Positions 41,273 to 50,416 of a stretch of DNA of 64,000 bases are shown here, piece after piece. Made by a program: the position numbers and the translations under genes. The stretch is from Rhodospirillales bacterium (GTDB lineage: Bacteria > Pseudomonadota > Alphaproteobacteria > Micavibrionales > Micavibrionaceae). The first letter of the stretch is position 1. The number at the start of each line of letters is the position of its first letter. Location: positions 505,495 through 569,494 of the forward strand of contig JACKIU010000002.1 of the NCBI GenBank assembly GCA_020638295.1, read 5' to 3'. The notes beneath the pieces were generated by a model. That model did no database searches, was not told where the DNA came from, and saw only the letters and a list, made by a program, of their open reading frames with translations.

Positions 41273-41584
41273 TCAGACGAGACGCACGGGCAAGCACGTC
41301 CCGAGTTTGCCTTCAATCACTCTGATCGCCCTTTGCGTCATCGGCGCGGTATAACCGGCTTTAACCAGATTATACTCGCGCTGGGCGAGATAAGACGCCC
41401 CGACGCTAAACGTCTCTGAACGCTCCGCCCGCTCATCATCTTCATTCAAAAAGAAAACAGCGCGATACCCCAAAGGATCCTCGCGCCGGTCGCAAGGCTC
41501 GACGGAAACTTGGCGAATATTCTTCTCCCAGTTTCTGGCAGAAAAAGGGCTTTTCAGCAGTACTGTATCCTGTCCATAGTTCAT
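41273..41584 (-). CDS. Hypothetical protein (103 aa)
   Basis: The ATG has a strong SD (GAGGTGAGG) and the gene has its own promoter-like element. No family is recognised. Confidence 0.55.
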   Translation of the reverse strand: MNYGQDTVLLKSPFSARNWEKNIRQVSVEPCDRREDPLGYRAVFFLNEDDERAERSETFSVGASYLAQREYNLVKAGYTAPMTQRAIRVIEGKLGTCLPVRLV

Positions 41585-41620
41585 GGCCTCACCTCATTAA
41601 CCCAAAAACCTTTCGACGGC

Positions 41621-41656
41621 TCGCATAATTTATGCGATCACTCTACGGACTGTCAA
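41621..41656 (-). promoter_or_regulatory. Candidate promoter TTGACA-N18-TAAATT overlapped by the perfect palindrome TCGCATAA-T-TTATGCGA
   Basis: On the minus strand the -35 lies at 41656-41651 and the -10 at 41632-41627. The 17-bp palindrome at 41621-41637 overlaps the -10. Confidence 0.5.
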
Positions 41657-41713
41657 GAAAAAACGGGGAGAAATCGTTATATTGCAATGCACTAAACGAG
41701 AGCATGCTATAGA

Positions 41714-42385
41714 CTATGCATTGATTGTGATTTTTTTATTATAATCAGCTTCCAACACCTGCATATCGTCAAAATCGCTTTTGCGCCTCAAAAGGCATCG
41801 CACAGCCCGCCCGGTAGTCGGGAAAAAATGCACCCGGCGAATAAACGCCCCGCCAACATCGGCATTAAAAACCTGCAATCCTTTACGAAACAGGTACTCC
41901 TGAACGAAAACCGTATTTTTAAGACCGCGATCCTGCAGGCCGACGCCGCAATTCACCCCGCCAAACAATCGAATGCGAATACGGCTTTTCGCCGCACCCC
42001 GGCGCTTTAACTCGCCGATACACTCCTCAATCGGTTCAAACGCTTTATTAACAAGAGTTTGATCAGCGTTGCTTAAAAACGGAAAATGCTCAAGCACGGC
42101 ATCGGGCAACATTACATACCCCAGTGCGCCAAGCTTCAATTCCGGATCGTAAATTGCCAGCAAAACCCCGGAACCGACCGTCGCCACCAGCATTTCGTTC
42201 TTCCGCGATGTAAAACCGGTCGCGCCCGGACCGACATAAATCGGCTGCGCATCAAACTGAGCATTAAAATACGCATCGTGATCGTCGACCTCACGACGGT
42301 CCTGAGCAACCCCTGGCACTGATGAAGAATTTTCCCCTGCCCCATGTGATGAATGATCGTCCATCATCCCACCACTATAACGCAT
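41714..42385 (-). CDS. CheD-fold protein with substituted catalytic triad (orphan)
   Basis: LVATVGSGVLLAIYDPELKLGALGYVMLP aligns to CheD IVTLGLGSCVAVCMRDPVAKVGAMAHVMLP, and IRLFGGVNCG...NADVGGAFIRRVHFFPTTGRA aligns to the CheD C-terminus. In that alignment Cys becomes Gly, His becomes Tyr and Thr becomes Val. Confidence 0.7.
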   Translation of the reverse strand: MRYSGGMMDDHSSHGAGENSSSVPGVAQDRREVDDHDAYFNAQFDAQPIYVGPGATGFTSRKNEMLVATVGSGVLLAIYDPELKLGALGYVMLPDAVLEHFPFLSNADQTLVNKAFEPIEECIGELKRRGAAKSRIRIRLFGGVNCGVGLQDRGLKNTVFVQEYLFRKGLQVFNADVGGAFIRRVHFFPTTGRAVRCLLRRKSDFDDMQVLEADYNKKITINA

Positions 42386-42418
42386 AAATTCAAAGAAAAT
42401 ATTACCAACCGAGGTTTT

Positions 42419-43393
42419 TTAAGCACTTTTCCTCACATCGCAAAAATGCCGGACATACCAGTCATACGCACCCTTAAGCCCCTGATAAAAAACAACTTTA
42501 GACATCCATCCCGCCTGCTTGAGCCGCGATGAATCCATAAGCTTACGATACGTTCCATCCGGTTTTGTGTCGTCAAATTTGATTGCGCCGCTAAATCCGG
42601 CAATCTCGGCGATATGCGCGGCCAAAGCGGCAATGGATATTTCTTCCCCGCTCCCGACATTGACCGGCAAAGCCCCGGAATAATGCTTGAGCAAAAACAC
42701 ACACGCATCAGCCAGATCATCAACGTGCAAAAATTCGCGCAGTGGCTGACCGCTCCCCCAAACCTCTAAAACATCAGCCCCTGAAACTACGGCCCGCTGC
42801 GCCTTCATCATCAACGCCGGAATGACGTGCGAGCTCCGTTCATCAAACGTATCGCCCGGCCCGTAAAGATTGCACGGCATCGCCGAAATATAATCGCATC
42901 CATATTGCGCCCGGTACGCCTCACACAATTTGAGCCCGGCGATTTTGGCAATCGCGTAGGCCTCATTGGTCTGCTCCAGAGGCCCGCTCAGCAATGCTTC
43001 TTCCTTAATCGGCTGCGCCGCCTCTTTTGGATAAATACATGACGAACCCAAAAACAACAGCTTTTCCACGCCCGCCTCATAAGCAGCATGAATAATATTG
43101 GCCGCAATCATCACATTATCGTAGAGAAAATCCGCAGGCTGGGCGGCATTCGCGCCAATTCCGCCAACCTTGGCCGCCGCAATGACGACAACATCCGGCT
43201 TGTTCCGAATAACCCAGCCGCGCGTCGCCGCCTGATTCCGAAGATCGAGCGCCGCATGATCGACGCTCAGAATGTCGCAATCCTCACCCCCCAGCCGCCG
43301 CACCAGCGCCGAACCGACCATACCGCTATGCCCGGCCACCCACACGCGCTTGCCTGTTAAATCAAACGGCGCCGCTAACCAGCCATCTTCCAT
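42419..43393 (-). CDS. fcl: GDP-L-fucose synthase
   Basis: It is an SDR with VWVAGHSGMVGSAL and the YAIAK catalytic motif. It lies immediately downstream of gmd and overlaps it. Confidence 0.9.
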   Translation of the reverse strand: MEDGWLAAPFDLTGKRVWVAGHSGMVGSALVRRLGGEDCDILSVDHAALDLRNQAATRGWVIRNKPDVVVIAAAKVGGIGANAAQPADFLYDNVMIAANIIHAAYEAGVEKLLFLGSSCIYPKEAAQPIKEEALLSGPLEQTNEAYAIAKIAGLKLCEAYRAQYGCDYISAMPCNLYGPGDTFDERSSHVIPALMMKAQRAVVSGADVLEVWGSGQPLREFLHVDDLADACVFLLKHYSGALPVNVGSGEEISIAALAAHIAEIAGFSGAIKFDDTKPDGTYRKLMDSSRLKQAGWMSKVVFYQGLKGAYDWYVRHFCDVRKSA

Positions 43394-44457
43394 GTCGGCC
43401 CATCCCGTTCACTTTGCGGTTTGTCTTGAAAAATAACCCGATCCGCATCCACCATGTCCGCAACCAGCCGGTCAAAACGCACTTTGGGGCTCCAGCCCAG
43501 CTCTGCCTTGGCCTTACCGGCATCGCCCAGTAAATGATGCACCTCAGCCGGGCGGAACAACGCCGGATCGATCTCCACCAGCCTGCGCCCGCTCTTGGCA
43601 TCAACGCCCATCTCATCCACGCCTGCGCCCTGCCACACAATCTGCACACCGACACGCTTAAAGGCCGCCTCGACAAATTCACGCACGCTGTGAGCTTCCC
43701 CCGTCGCCAGCACATAATCCCCCGGCTCATCTTGTTGAAGGATCATCCACATCCCTTCGACAAAATCCCGCGCATCGCCCCAATCACGCAGCGAATCCAG
43801 ATTACCCAGCCGCAAAGCGCCACCACAACCCGCTTCAATCGCCGCCACCGCCTTGGTAATTTTGCGCGTCACAAAATCCTCACCCCGCAGCGGGCTTTCA
43901 TGATTGAACAAAATCCCGTTCGCCGCATACATCCCGTAGGATTCACGATAGGTTTTCGCCAGATGATACGCCGCCAGCTTCGCCACGCCATAAGGGCTGC
44001 ACGGCGCCATCGGCGTTTCTTCATTCTGCGGCGCGCCAGCCTTGCCGAACATCTCCGAAGATGAAGCCTGATAAACCCGCACGCAGTTCTCCAGTCCGTT
44101 CACCCGCACCGCATCAAGGACATTCAGCGTCCCGGCCGTATTAATCTGCAACGTTGATCCCGGCGTGCCAAAACTCACATGCACCTGCGACAACCCGGCC
44201 AGATTGTAAATCTCATCCGGGCGAATATCGCGGATCAGCAAATTCAGATTATTGGCATCCGTCACATCGCCCATATGCAAAGTGACATGCTCACCGGCAA
44301 GCCCTAAAGCCTCAAGCCGCGCCAGCCCGTCGACCGGTTCGCAATAGCTGTCCCAACGCACCATCCCATGCACGCGATAGCCCTTAGAGAGCAGAAATTG
44401 CGCCAGATACGCGCCATCCTGCCCGGCAACCCCGGTAATAAAAGCGGTTTTGGTCAT
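43375..44457 (-). CDS. gmd: GDP-mannose 4,6-dehydratase
   Basis: It carries AFITGVAGQDGAYLAQFLL, YQASSSEMFG and SPYGVAKL. The ATG is at 44457. Confidence 0.95.
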   Translation of the reverse strand: MTKTAFITGVAGQDGAYLAQFLLSKGYRVHGMVRWDSYCEPVDGLARLEALGLAGEHVTLHMGDVTDANNLNLLIRDIRPDEIYNLAGLSQVHVSFGTPGSTLQINTAGTLNVLDAVRVNGLENCVRVYQASSSEMFGKAGAPQNEETPMAPCSPYGVAKLAAYHLAKTYRESYGMYAANGILFNHESPLRGEDFVTRKITKAVAAIEAGCGGALRLGNLDSLRDWGDARDFVEGMWMILQQDEPGDYVLATGEAHSVREFVEAAFKRVGVQIVWQGAGVDEMGVDAKSGRRLVEIDPALFRPAEVHHLLGDAGKAKAELGWSPKVRFDRLVADMVDADRVIFQDKPQSERDGPTWKMAG

Positions 44458-44546
44458 ACTGCGAAGCACCTTATGTCATTCATATGCATGCATAAAAAAT
44501 GCACGAAAACTGCCAGATACGCAAATCCTTTATCAATCATACTCCT

Positions 44547-44690
44547 CCCTCTCCCTGACGGGGAGAGGGTTGACGAGGCTTTGGCGCTTGCGCCTTAGCC
44601 GAAGCTGGGTGAGGGGGACAAAGCAAATGAATACCCCGTCCCAAGGGACGAGGTATCAAAAGCGTGGGGGAGACAATACTATTGTGTCCC
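44547..44690. repeat. Cluster of three GC-rich imperfect hairpins between the hydroxylase gene and gmd
   Basis: The hairpins are CCCTCTCCC-tgacg-GGGAGAGGG (44547-69), ATACCCCGTCCC-aa-GGGACGAGGTAT (44631-56) and GGGAGACAAT-act-ATTGTGTCCC (44668-90). Confidence 0.6.
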
Positions 44691-44712
44691 TGTTGTCTTG
44701 CCTTCGCTGTTT

Positions 44713-45726
44713 TCAGATTTGCACCCGCGGCTTGCGCGAAGCAAATAGAGACGCGATCACAGCAAACAAGGATTTGCGTTTTGCAAAATCCGGCACCGGA
44801 TGATCCGCATCGCCTTCGCGACCAAACGGCACCGGCTCAAAGTCCGGCTGTAAGCGCTGCTTCATCTTGTTTGTCAGGAAAGGCCACAGGATCTGATACG
44901 TGAATTTCACCGGCATATAATCGCCCATCCCGATATCGGCGGACGGCCGGTAGGAATGATTGTAAAACGTCCCGAAAATCTGATCCCAGACCATCAAATT
45001 CTCGCCATAATTCCGGTTCCCCTCATACAGCTGGCGGCTATGATGCCAGCGATGCAGGCCCGGCGTGTTAAATATCCAATTCAGCAAGCCGAAACGCATT
45101 TCGACATTGCAATGGGTCAGCATGCCGATAAAGGCGGTAATCGCGCTCAGCCATTTGACCACCTCCATCGGCGCGCCTAAGCTGAGCAAAATCGCCAGCC
45201 CCAGAACGATACTGATCAGGCTGTCAACGAAATGGAAACGTCCCGTATTCAAAAACCACAGCTTGGTCACACTGTGATGGACCGCGTGAAACCGCCACAT
45301 CCAGGGAATTTCATGCGCCAGCCGATGCGCCCAGTACAACCCGAATTCCGCAGCGACCATCCCCAAAATCACCTGCGCCCATAACGGCCAGTCCCGCGGC
45401 CAGACCGAGTACCCTTCCTGATCCATCGGCGTTATATAATCGGCCAGCCCGATCACCCCGCTAAACAGGAACAACAGCTGTACACTGCCCTTTGAACTGA
45501 TCGTATGCAAAATGGATGCCGTATTCTGCCCATCGGGTTTCAGCCATTCGCGCTCATACGGCATCCATTTTTCCAGGAAAAACAGCGATAAAATCAAAAA
45601 CACGTAAGCCATGTTGAAATACAAAACCGGCGCGTCATGAGAAAACCCATACCCCGCAATTACCATGCAAAGCCCAAACAACCCCGGCCATAACACCCAC
45701 GATAAAAGATATTTGAATTGCTCCAT
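44713..45726 (-). CDS. Fatty acid hydroxylase / sterol desaturase family membrane protein
   Basis: It has the histidine boxes HRLAHE, HAVHH and HRWHH. The ATG at 45726 has a GAGGGTGAG SD. Confidence 0.75.
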   Translation of the reverse strand: MEQFKYLLSWVLWPGLFGLCMVIAGYGFSHDAPVLYFNMAYVFLILSLFFLEKWMPYEREWLKPDGQNTASILHTISSKGSVQLLFLFSGVIGLADYITPMDQEGYSVWPRDWPLWAQVILGMVAAEFGLYWAHRLAHEIPWMWRFHAVHHSVTKLWFLNTGRFHFVDSLISIVLGLAILLSLGAPMEVVKWLSAITAFIGMLTHCNVEMRFGLLNWIFNTPGLHRWHHSRQLYEGNRNYGENLMVWDQIFGTFYNHSYRPSADIGMGDYMPVKFTYQILWPFLTNKMKQRLQPDFEPVPFGREGDADHPVPDFAKRKSLFAVIASLFASRKPRVQI

Positions 45727-45744
45727 ACTCACCCTCTATTCACT

Positions 45745-45835
45745 GTCATTGCGAGGAGAAGCGCTAGCTTCGACGCGGCAATCCATTTATAGATTGCTTC
45801 GCGAAGTTTATGCCCCAGAGGGTACTCGCAATGAC
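45745..45835. repeat. Palindromic intergenic repeat, copy C
   Basis: It runs GTCATTGCGAG...CTCGCAATGAC with the inner GCAATCC/(A)GATTGC pair. It overlaps the last 8-9 codons and the stop of the epimerase ORF. Confidence 0.85.
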
Positions 45836-46860
45836 TCTCCAGCTTCATCGCCAATCTTATAGTACCCCTTATACCACGCCACAAACCGCTTTAGCCCCTC
45901 AGCCAAAGACGTTTCAGGCTTAAAGCCAATCACCTCTTCCAGCCCCTTCACATCGGCATAGGTTGCATAGACATCACCGGGCTGCATCGGCATAAAATTC
46001 TTCTCCGCCATCCGGCCCGTTTCCGCCTCCAAAATATGGATCATATCCATCAATTGTTCAGGATGATTATGCCCGATATTATATAAACGATACGGAGCGT
46101 TACTAAATGATGGGTCCGGGTTTTTTGCATCCCAGCCTGCATCCCCAGCCGGTACATGATCGAGAATCTTCATCATCGCCGCCGTAATATCATCAATATA
46201 GGTGAAATCGCGCATCATATCGCCGTCATTATAAACATCGATCGGCTTGCCCTCATAAATCGCTTTGGTGAATTTAAAATACGCCATATCCGGACGCCCC
46301 CACGGCCCATAAACCGTAAAGAACCGCAGACCCGTGCACGGAATGCCGTAAAGATGCGCGTAAGAATGCGCCATCAACTCACCCGCCTTCTTCGTCGCCG
46401 CATACAGGCTGATCGGGTGATCGACATTGTCCGACACCGCGAACGGCACCTTCGTATTCGCCCCGTAAACAGAAGACGATGAAGCAAAAATCAAATGCCC
46501 GACATCGTTATGGCGGCAACCCTCCAGCACATTGACAAAGCCTTGCAAATTGGAATCGACATAGGCATGCGGATGATCGAGCGAATAACGCACCCCGGCC
46601 TGCGCCGCCAGATTGACGACAATCTGCGGCTTTTCGCCCCTGAACAGCGCCGCCATCGCATCACGGTCAGCCAGATCAACCTGCTGAAAACGAAAACCGC
46701 TCTGCCCCTCAAGCTCAGCCAACCGAGCGCGTTTCAACGCCACATCGTAATAATCATTCAGATTATCGATCCCCAGCACGCTATGCCCGGCGGCCAGTAA
46801 TTCTTTGGTAAAGGCATGGCCGATAAACCCGGCCGCCCCTGTCACAAGTATCTTTTCCAT
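45808..46860 (-). CDS. NAD-dependent epimerase, UDP-glucuronate 4-epimerase-like
   Basis: It carries ILVTGAAGFIGHAF, DNLNDYYDVALKRARL and the YAATK catalytic motif. Confidence 0.8.
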   Translation of the reverse strand: MEKILVTGAAGFIGHAFTKELLAAGHSVLGIDNLNDYYDVALKRARLAELEGQSGFRFQQVDLADRDAMAALFRGEKPQIVVNLAAQAGVRYSLDHPHAYVDSNLQGFVNVLEGCRHNDVGHLIFASSSSVYGANTKVPFAVSDNVDHPISLYAATKKAGELMAHSYAHLYGIPCTGLRFFTVYGPWGRPDMAYFKFTKAIYEGKPIDVYNDGDMMRDFTYIDDITAAMMKILDHVPAGDAGWDAKNPDPSFSNAPYRLYNIGHNHPEQLMDMIHILEAETGRMAEKNFMPMQPGDVYATYADVKGLEEVIGFKPETSLAEGLKRFVAWYKGYYKIGDEAGESLRVPSGA

Positions 46861-46872
46861 ACGCCTATCTTA

Positions 46873-47868
46873 TTATTTTTGCGCCGCACGTTTCAAGCGA
46901 TCATTAATCGCTACACCAATCCCCACGTCCGGCACAGCCATCACTGCAATCCCCTGCGCCCCGCTACCATCAAGGCTTTTAAGCATCGCAAACAGATTGG
47001 CCGCCGCCTCGTGCAAATCCTGCGTTTCACTCAAATTTCGCACCCATTCTGCCGGAAAGTCCGGCCCGACCATAAATTTCGTTCTGCCAAAAGCCAAGAG
47101 CGCCTCACCCTCGCGCACATCAATCGCATTCAGTCGCACCGGCAAATTCGGCGCATAATGCTTAAGGAGTTGCCCCGGCGATTTCGGTGCCTCAGGATCG
47201 CCCGCATCATAGCCAACAACCACACCGAGCACTTCACATATATCCTCCGCGCTCACCCCGCCCGGGCGCAGCACCAGCGGCGCTTCACCACTCAAATCCA
47301 GCACCGTGGATTCCAACCCGATTTCACAAGCTCCGGCCGCCAAAATCATATCCACCTTATCTCCGAGCGAGTCATGCACATGCGCCGCGCTCGTCGGACT
47401 TAAGGTGCCGGATACATTCGCACTCGGCGCGGCCAAAGGTACCCCAGCCGCTTCAATCAACGCCCGCGCTACCTTGTGTGAAGGCACCCGCACCGCCAAA
47501 GTCTCCAGCCCCGCACTCGCCAACTCGGAAATCCCCCCCTTTACATCCCCCCCGCCTGCGGGGTGGGTAGAGGGGGGGAGCTTCGGCAAAACCATCGTCA
47601 ACGGCCCCGGCCAGAAGCTTCCCGCCGCCGCCCGCGCCCACTCATTCACCTCAACGAATTCTCCAGCCTGCGCCAAATTCATGACGTGAATGATCAGGGG
47701 ATTAAAGCTTGGCCGCCCCTTGGCCGCAAAAATCTTCGCCACAGCCTCGCCATTCGTCGCATCCGCCGCCAGTCCGTAGACGGTCTCTGTCGGCATCCCG
47801 ACCAGCCCGCCATCGCGCAAGATGGCAGCAGCTTCGGCAATGCTCTCGAAATTTGCAGTTTTAATCAT
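46873..47868 (-). CDS. tsaC: L-threonylcarbamoyladenylate synthase (Sua5/YwlC type)
   Basis: It carries GGLVGMPTETVYGLAADA and FWPGPLT plus a Sua5 C-terminal domain. Its start forms an ATGA overlap with the anmK stop. Confidence 0.9.
   Translation of the reverse strand: MIKTANFESIAEAAAILRDGGLVGMPTETVYGLAADATNGEAVAKIFAAKGRPSFNPLIIHVMNLAQAGEFVEVNEWARAAAGSFWPGPLTMVLPKLPPSTHPAGGGDVKGGISELASAGLETLAVRVPSHKVARALIEAAGVPLAAPSANVSGTLSPTSAAHVHDSLGDKVDMILAAGACEIGLESTVLDLSGEAPLVLRPGGVSAEDICEVLGVVVGYDAGDPEAPKSPGQLLKHYAPNLPVRLNAIDVREGEALLAFGRTKFMVGPDFPAEWVRNLSETQDLHEAAANLFAMLKSLDGSGAQGIAVMAVPDVGIGVAINDRLKRAAQK
47532..47579. repeat. G/C-homopolymer-rich imperfect palindrome inside the tsaC coding sequence
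   Basis: The sequence is TCCCCCCCTTTACATCCCCCCC-gcctgc-GGGGTGGGTAGAGGGGGGGA. It encodes the loop PPSTHPAGGGDVKGGI. Confidence 0.6.
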
Positions 47869-48947
47869 GGCTTGTGCAATACACCACCGGATACGGGGCG
47901 CGCAACCCCCGTCGTTTCCGGTAAGGACAGCGGCAAGCCCAGCAATGACCGCACAGCCATATACCCGAAACATTCCGCCTCAATCGCATCGCCGTTCCAA
48001 CCGATTTTCTCAACAGTCCCAAATTTAGCAAAAAACGCCGTAGGCAGTCTCATCGACAGGACATACATTAAAAACTCGTTTTTTCGTCCTCCGCCGCATA
48101 TATATGTGGCTTTAGGTTTCCGGGGGAGCATTTCGAATGACTTTTGAATGCTCCTGACCGTCATAGCCAATAAAGTACCCGCACCATCCTTTGTCGACAA
48201 TTCACGAACAAGATCAGTCGACCAATACGCCCGGTCCAGAGACTTTGGGGGCAATTTTGAAAAATATTCATCGGACAAAAAAACCTCAATAATTTTGCCG
48301 TCAGGATCGCCGCCAGATGCTATTTTTCCTTTATCATCATAGTCCTGACCGGTCCTCAGCTTAATAAAATCATCCATCAGCGCATTCCCCGGCCCGGTAT
48401 CGAACGCCAGAATATACTCGCCATCAATATACGTCACATTCGCAACCCCACCTATATTCACAATCGCAACCGGTTCTTTAAGCCCGCCCGACTTCACCCG
48501 CGCCTGATGATACAAAGGCGCCAAAGGCGCACCCTGCCCCCCGGCTTTAATATCCGCGCTGCGAAAGTCACAAATCACATCCATGCCCGTCTTCGCCGCC
48601 ATTCTTGCCCCATCACCGAGCTGCCAGGTAAAGCCGTCTTCCGGCGCATGGGTAATCGTCTGACCATGAAAACCAACCACATCACCCTCAAAGCCGCTCG
48701 CTTTCACCGCCGCGATGTGCAAGTCCGTAACCATCCCTTCCGCCTCGCGCGTTTCCGCATCTTCCACGCGCTTGCCAAAACACGCCCGCACCTTGTCACG
48801 CACGCCCTGATCATAAGGATGCGCATAAAACCCCAGCGGCTTAACGTGAGATTGCCCATCGGTTTCCACCAGAGCGACGTCAATTTCCCCGTCCAGTGAT
48901 GTCCCCGACATCAGACCAATTGCCCTATAGACTTTATGTTCACTCAT
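47865..48947 (-). CDS. anmK: Anhydro-N-acetylmuramic acid kinase
   Basis: The N-terminus is [22 protein letters not shown] and the length is typical of the family. Confidence 0.9.
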   Translation of the reverse strand: MSEHKVYRAIGLMSGTSLDGEIDVALVETDGQSHVKPLGFYAHPYDQGVRDKVRACFGKRVEDAETREAEGMVTDLHIAAVKASGFEGDVVGFHGQTITHAPEDGFTWQLGDGARMAAKTGMDVICDFRSADIKAGGQGAPLAPLYHQARVKSGGLKEPVAIVNIGGVANVTYIDGEYILAFDTGPGNALMDDFIKLRTGQDYDDKGKIASGGDPDGKIIEVFLSDEYFSKLPPKSLDRAYWSTDLVRELSTKDGAGTLLAMTVRSIQKSFEMLPRKPKATYICGGGRKNEFLMYVLSMRLPTAFFAKFGTVEKIGWNGDAIEAECFGYMAVRSLLGLPLSLPETTGVARPVSGGVLHKP

Positions 48948-48965
48948 GCTTATACAGTTTGGGTT

Positions 48966-50228
48966 ATGACGAAATACAAATCAGACTTTTTAAACATCTT
49001 AACCGAGCGCGGCTTCATTCACCAGTGCTCTGATTTCGAAGGCCTCGATGCCAAGCTGAACGAAGGTGTGCAAAGCGCCTATATCGGCTTTGACGCCACC
49101 GCCGATTCCCTGCATGTCGGCTCGCTCGTCCAGATCATGATGCTCTACTGGTTCCAGCAATGCGGGCATAAACCCATCACCCTGATGGGCGGCGGCACCA
49201 CCAAGGTCGGCGACCCCTCGGGCAAGGATGAAAGCCGCAAAATGCTCACCGAAACCGATATTGAAAAGAATATCAGCGGCATCGGACTCATCTTCGGAAA
49301 CTACCTCAAATACGGCGGCGGCCGGGCCGACGCACTGATGGTTAATAACGCCGACTGGCTGGATCAACTCAATTACATCGACTTCCTGCGCGATTACGGC
49401 GCGCATTTCACCATCAACCGCATGATGACGTTTGAAAGCGTCAAACTGCGCCTCGAGCGCGAACAACCGCTGACCTTCCTCGAATTCAACTACATGATTT
49501 TGCAGGCCTACGATTTCGTCGAATTGCGCCAGCGTTTCGGCGCCATTTTGCAAATGGGCGGCTCCGACCAATGGGGCAACATCATCAACGGCGTTGAACT
49601 GGGCCGCCGCACCATTCGCGAAGATAGCGAGGGCGCACAGCTCTTCGCCCTCACCACGCCGCTGCTCACCACCGCCAGCGGCGCGAAAATGGGCAAAAGC
49701 GCTTCGGGCGCGATATGGCTCAACGCCGATAAACTCCCCGCTTATGACTTCTGGCAATATTGGCGCAATACCGAAGACGCCGATGTCGGACGCTTCCTCA
49801 AGCTCTTCACCACCCTGCCGCTGGACGAAATCGCGCGGCTCGAAGCCCTGCAAGGCGCGGAAATCAACGAAGCCAAAAAAGTGCTGGCCTTTGAAGTCAC
49901 CAAAATGTGTCATGGTGAAACCGCCGCGCGGGAAGCCGCCGATACGGCCGCCAAAGTTTTCGAACAAGGCTCCGTCGGCGCGGATTTACCCTGCGTCCGG
50001 CTCGACCTCTCCGCCGGTGTGTCCTTCATCGATGCCGCCTGCGCTGCCGGGCTCACCGCATCAAAAGGCGAAGCCCGCCGCATCATCGAACAAGGCGGCG
50101 CGAAAGTGAACGGCCAGCCGGTCACCGACCCGGCCTTTACCCTGACCGCCGATATGATCAGCGAGGGCGATGCCGTCAAAATCTCGACATCGAAGAAAAA
50201 ACACGCGCTGGTGAAGCCTAAAGCTTGA
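48966..50228 (+). CDS. tyrS: Tyrosine--tRNA ligase
   Basis: It has a HIGH-type motif (ADSLHVGSL), KMGKS and a C-terminal S4-like domain. The ATG is at 48966. Confidence 0.95.
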   Translation: MTKYKSDFLNILTERGFIHQCSDFEGLDAKLNEGVQSAYIGFDATADSLHVGSLVQIMMLYWFQQCGHKPITLMGGGTTKVGDPSGKDESRKMLTETDIEKNISGIGLIFGNYLKYGGGRADALMVNNADWLDQLNYIDFLRDYGAHFTINRMMTFESVKLRLEREQPLTFLEFNYMILQAYDFVELRQRFGAILQMGGSDQWGNIINGVELGRRTIREDSEGAQLFALTTPLLTTASGAKMGKSASGAIWLNADKLPAYDFWQYWRNTEDADVGRFLKLFTTLPLDEIARLEALQGAEINEAKKVLAFEVTKMCHGETAAREAADTAAKVFEQGSVGADLPCVRLDLSAGVSFIDAACAAGLTASKGEARRIIEQGGAKVNGQPVTDPAFTLTADMISEGDAVKISTSKKKHALVKPKA

Positions 50229-50236
50229 AAACGAAC

Positions 50237-50320
50237 CGTCATTGCGAGCGACCAACGGGAGCGTGGCAATCCAGCAGAAAACTTGGATTGCGTCGTCGGC
50301 TTCGCCTCCTCGCAATGACG
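50237..50320. repeat. Palindromic intergenic repeat, copy D
   Basis: It runs CGTCATTGCGAG...CTCGCAATGACG with the inner GCAATCC/GGATTGC pair. It starts 9 nt after the tyrS stop. Confidence 0.85.
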
Positions 50321-50416
50321 AACACCGCACCCCACCCCGGCAAAAATGGCGAACAAAAAGAAGAAAATGAACTTTAATACATAAAAACAGTGGGTTAAAA
50401 GACACCCCAAAATGGC

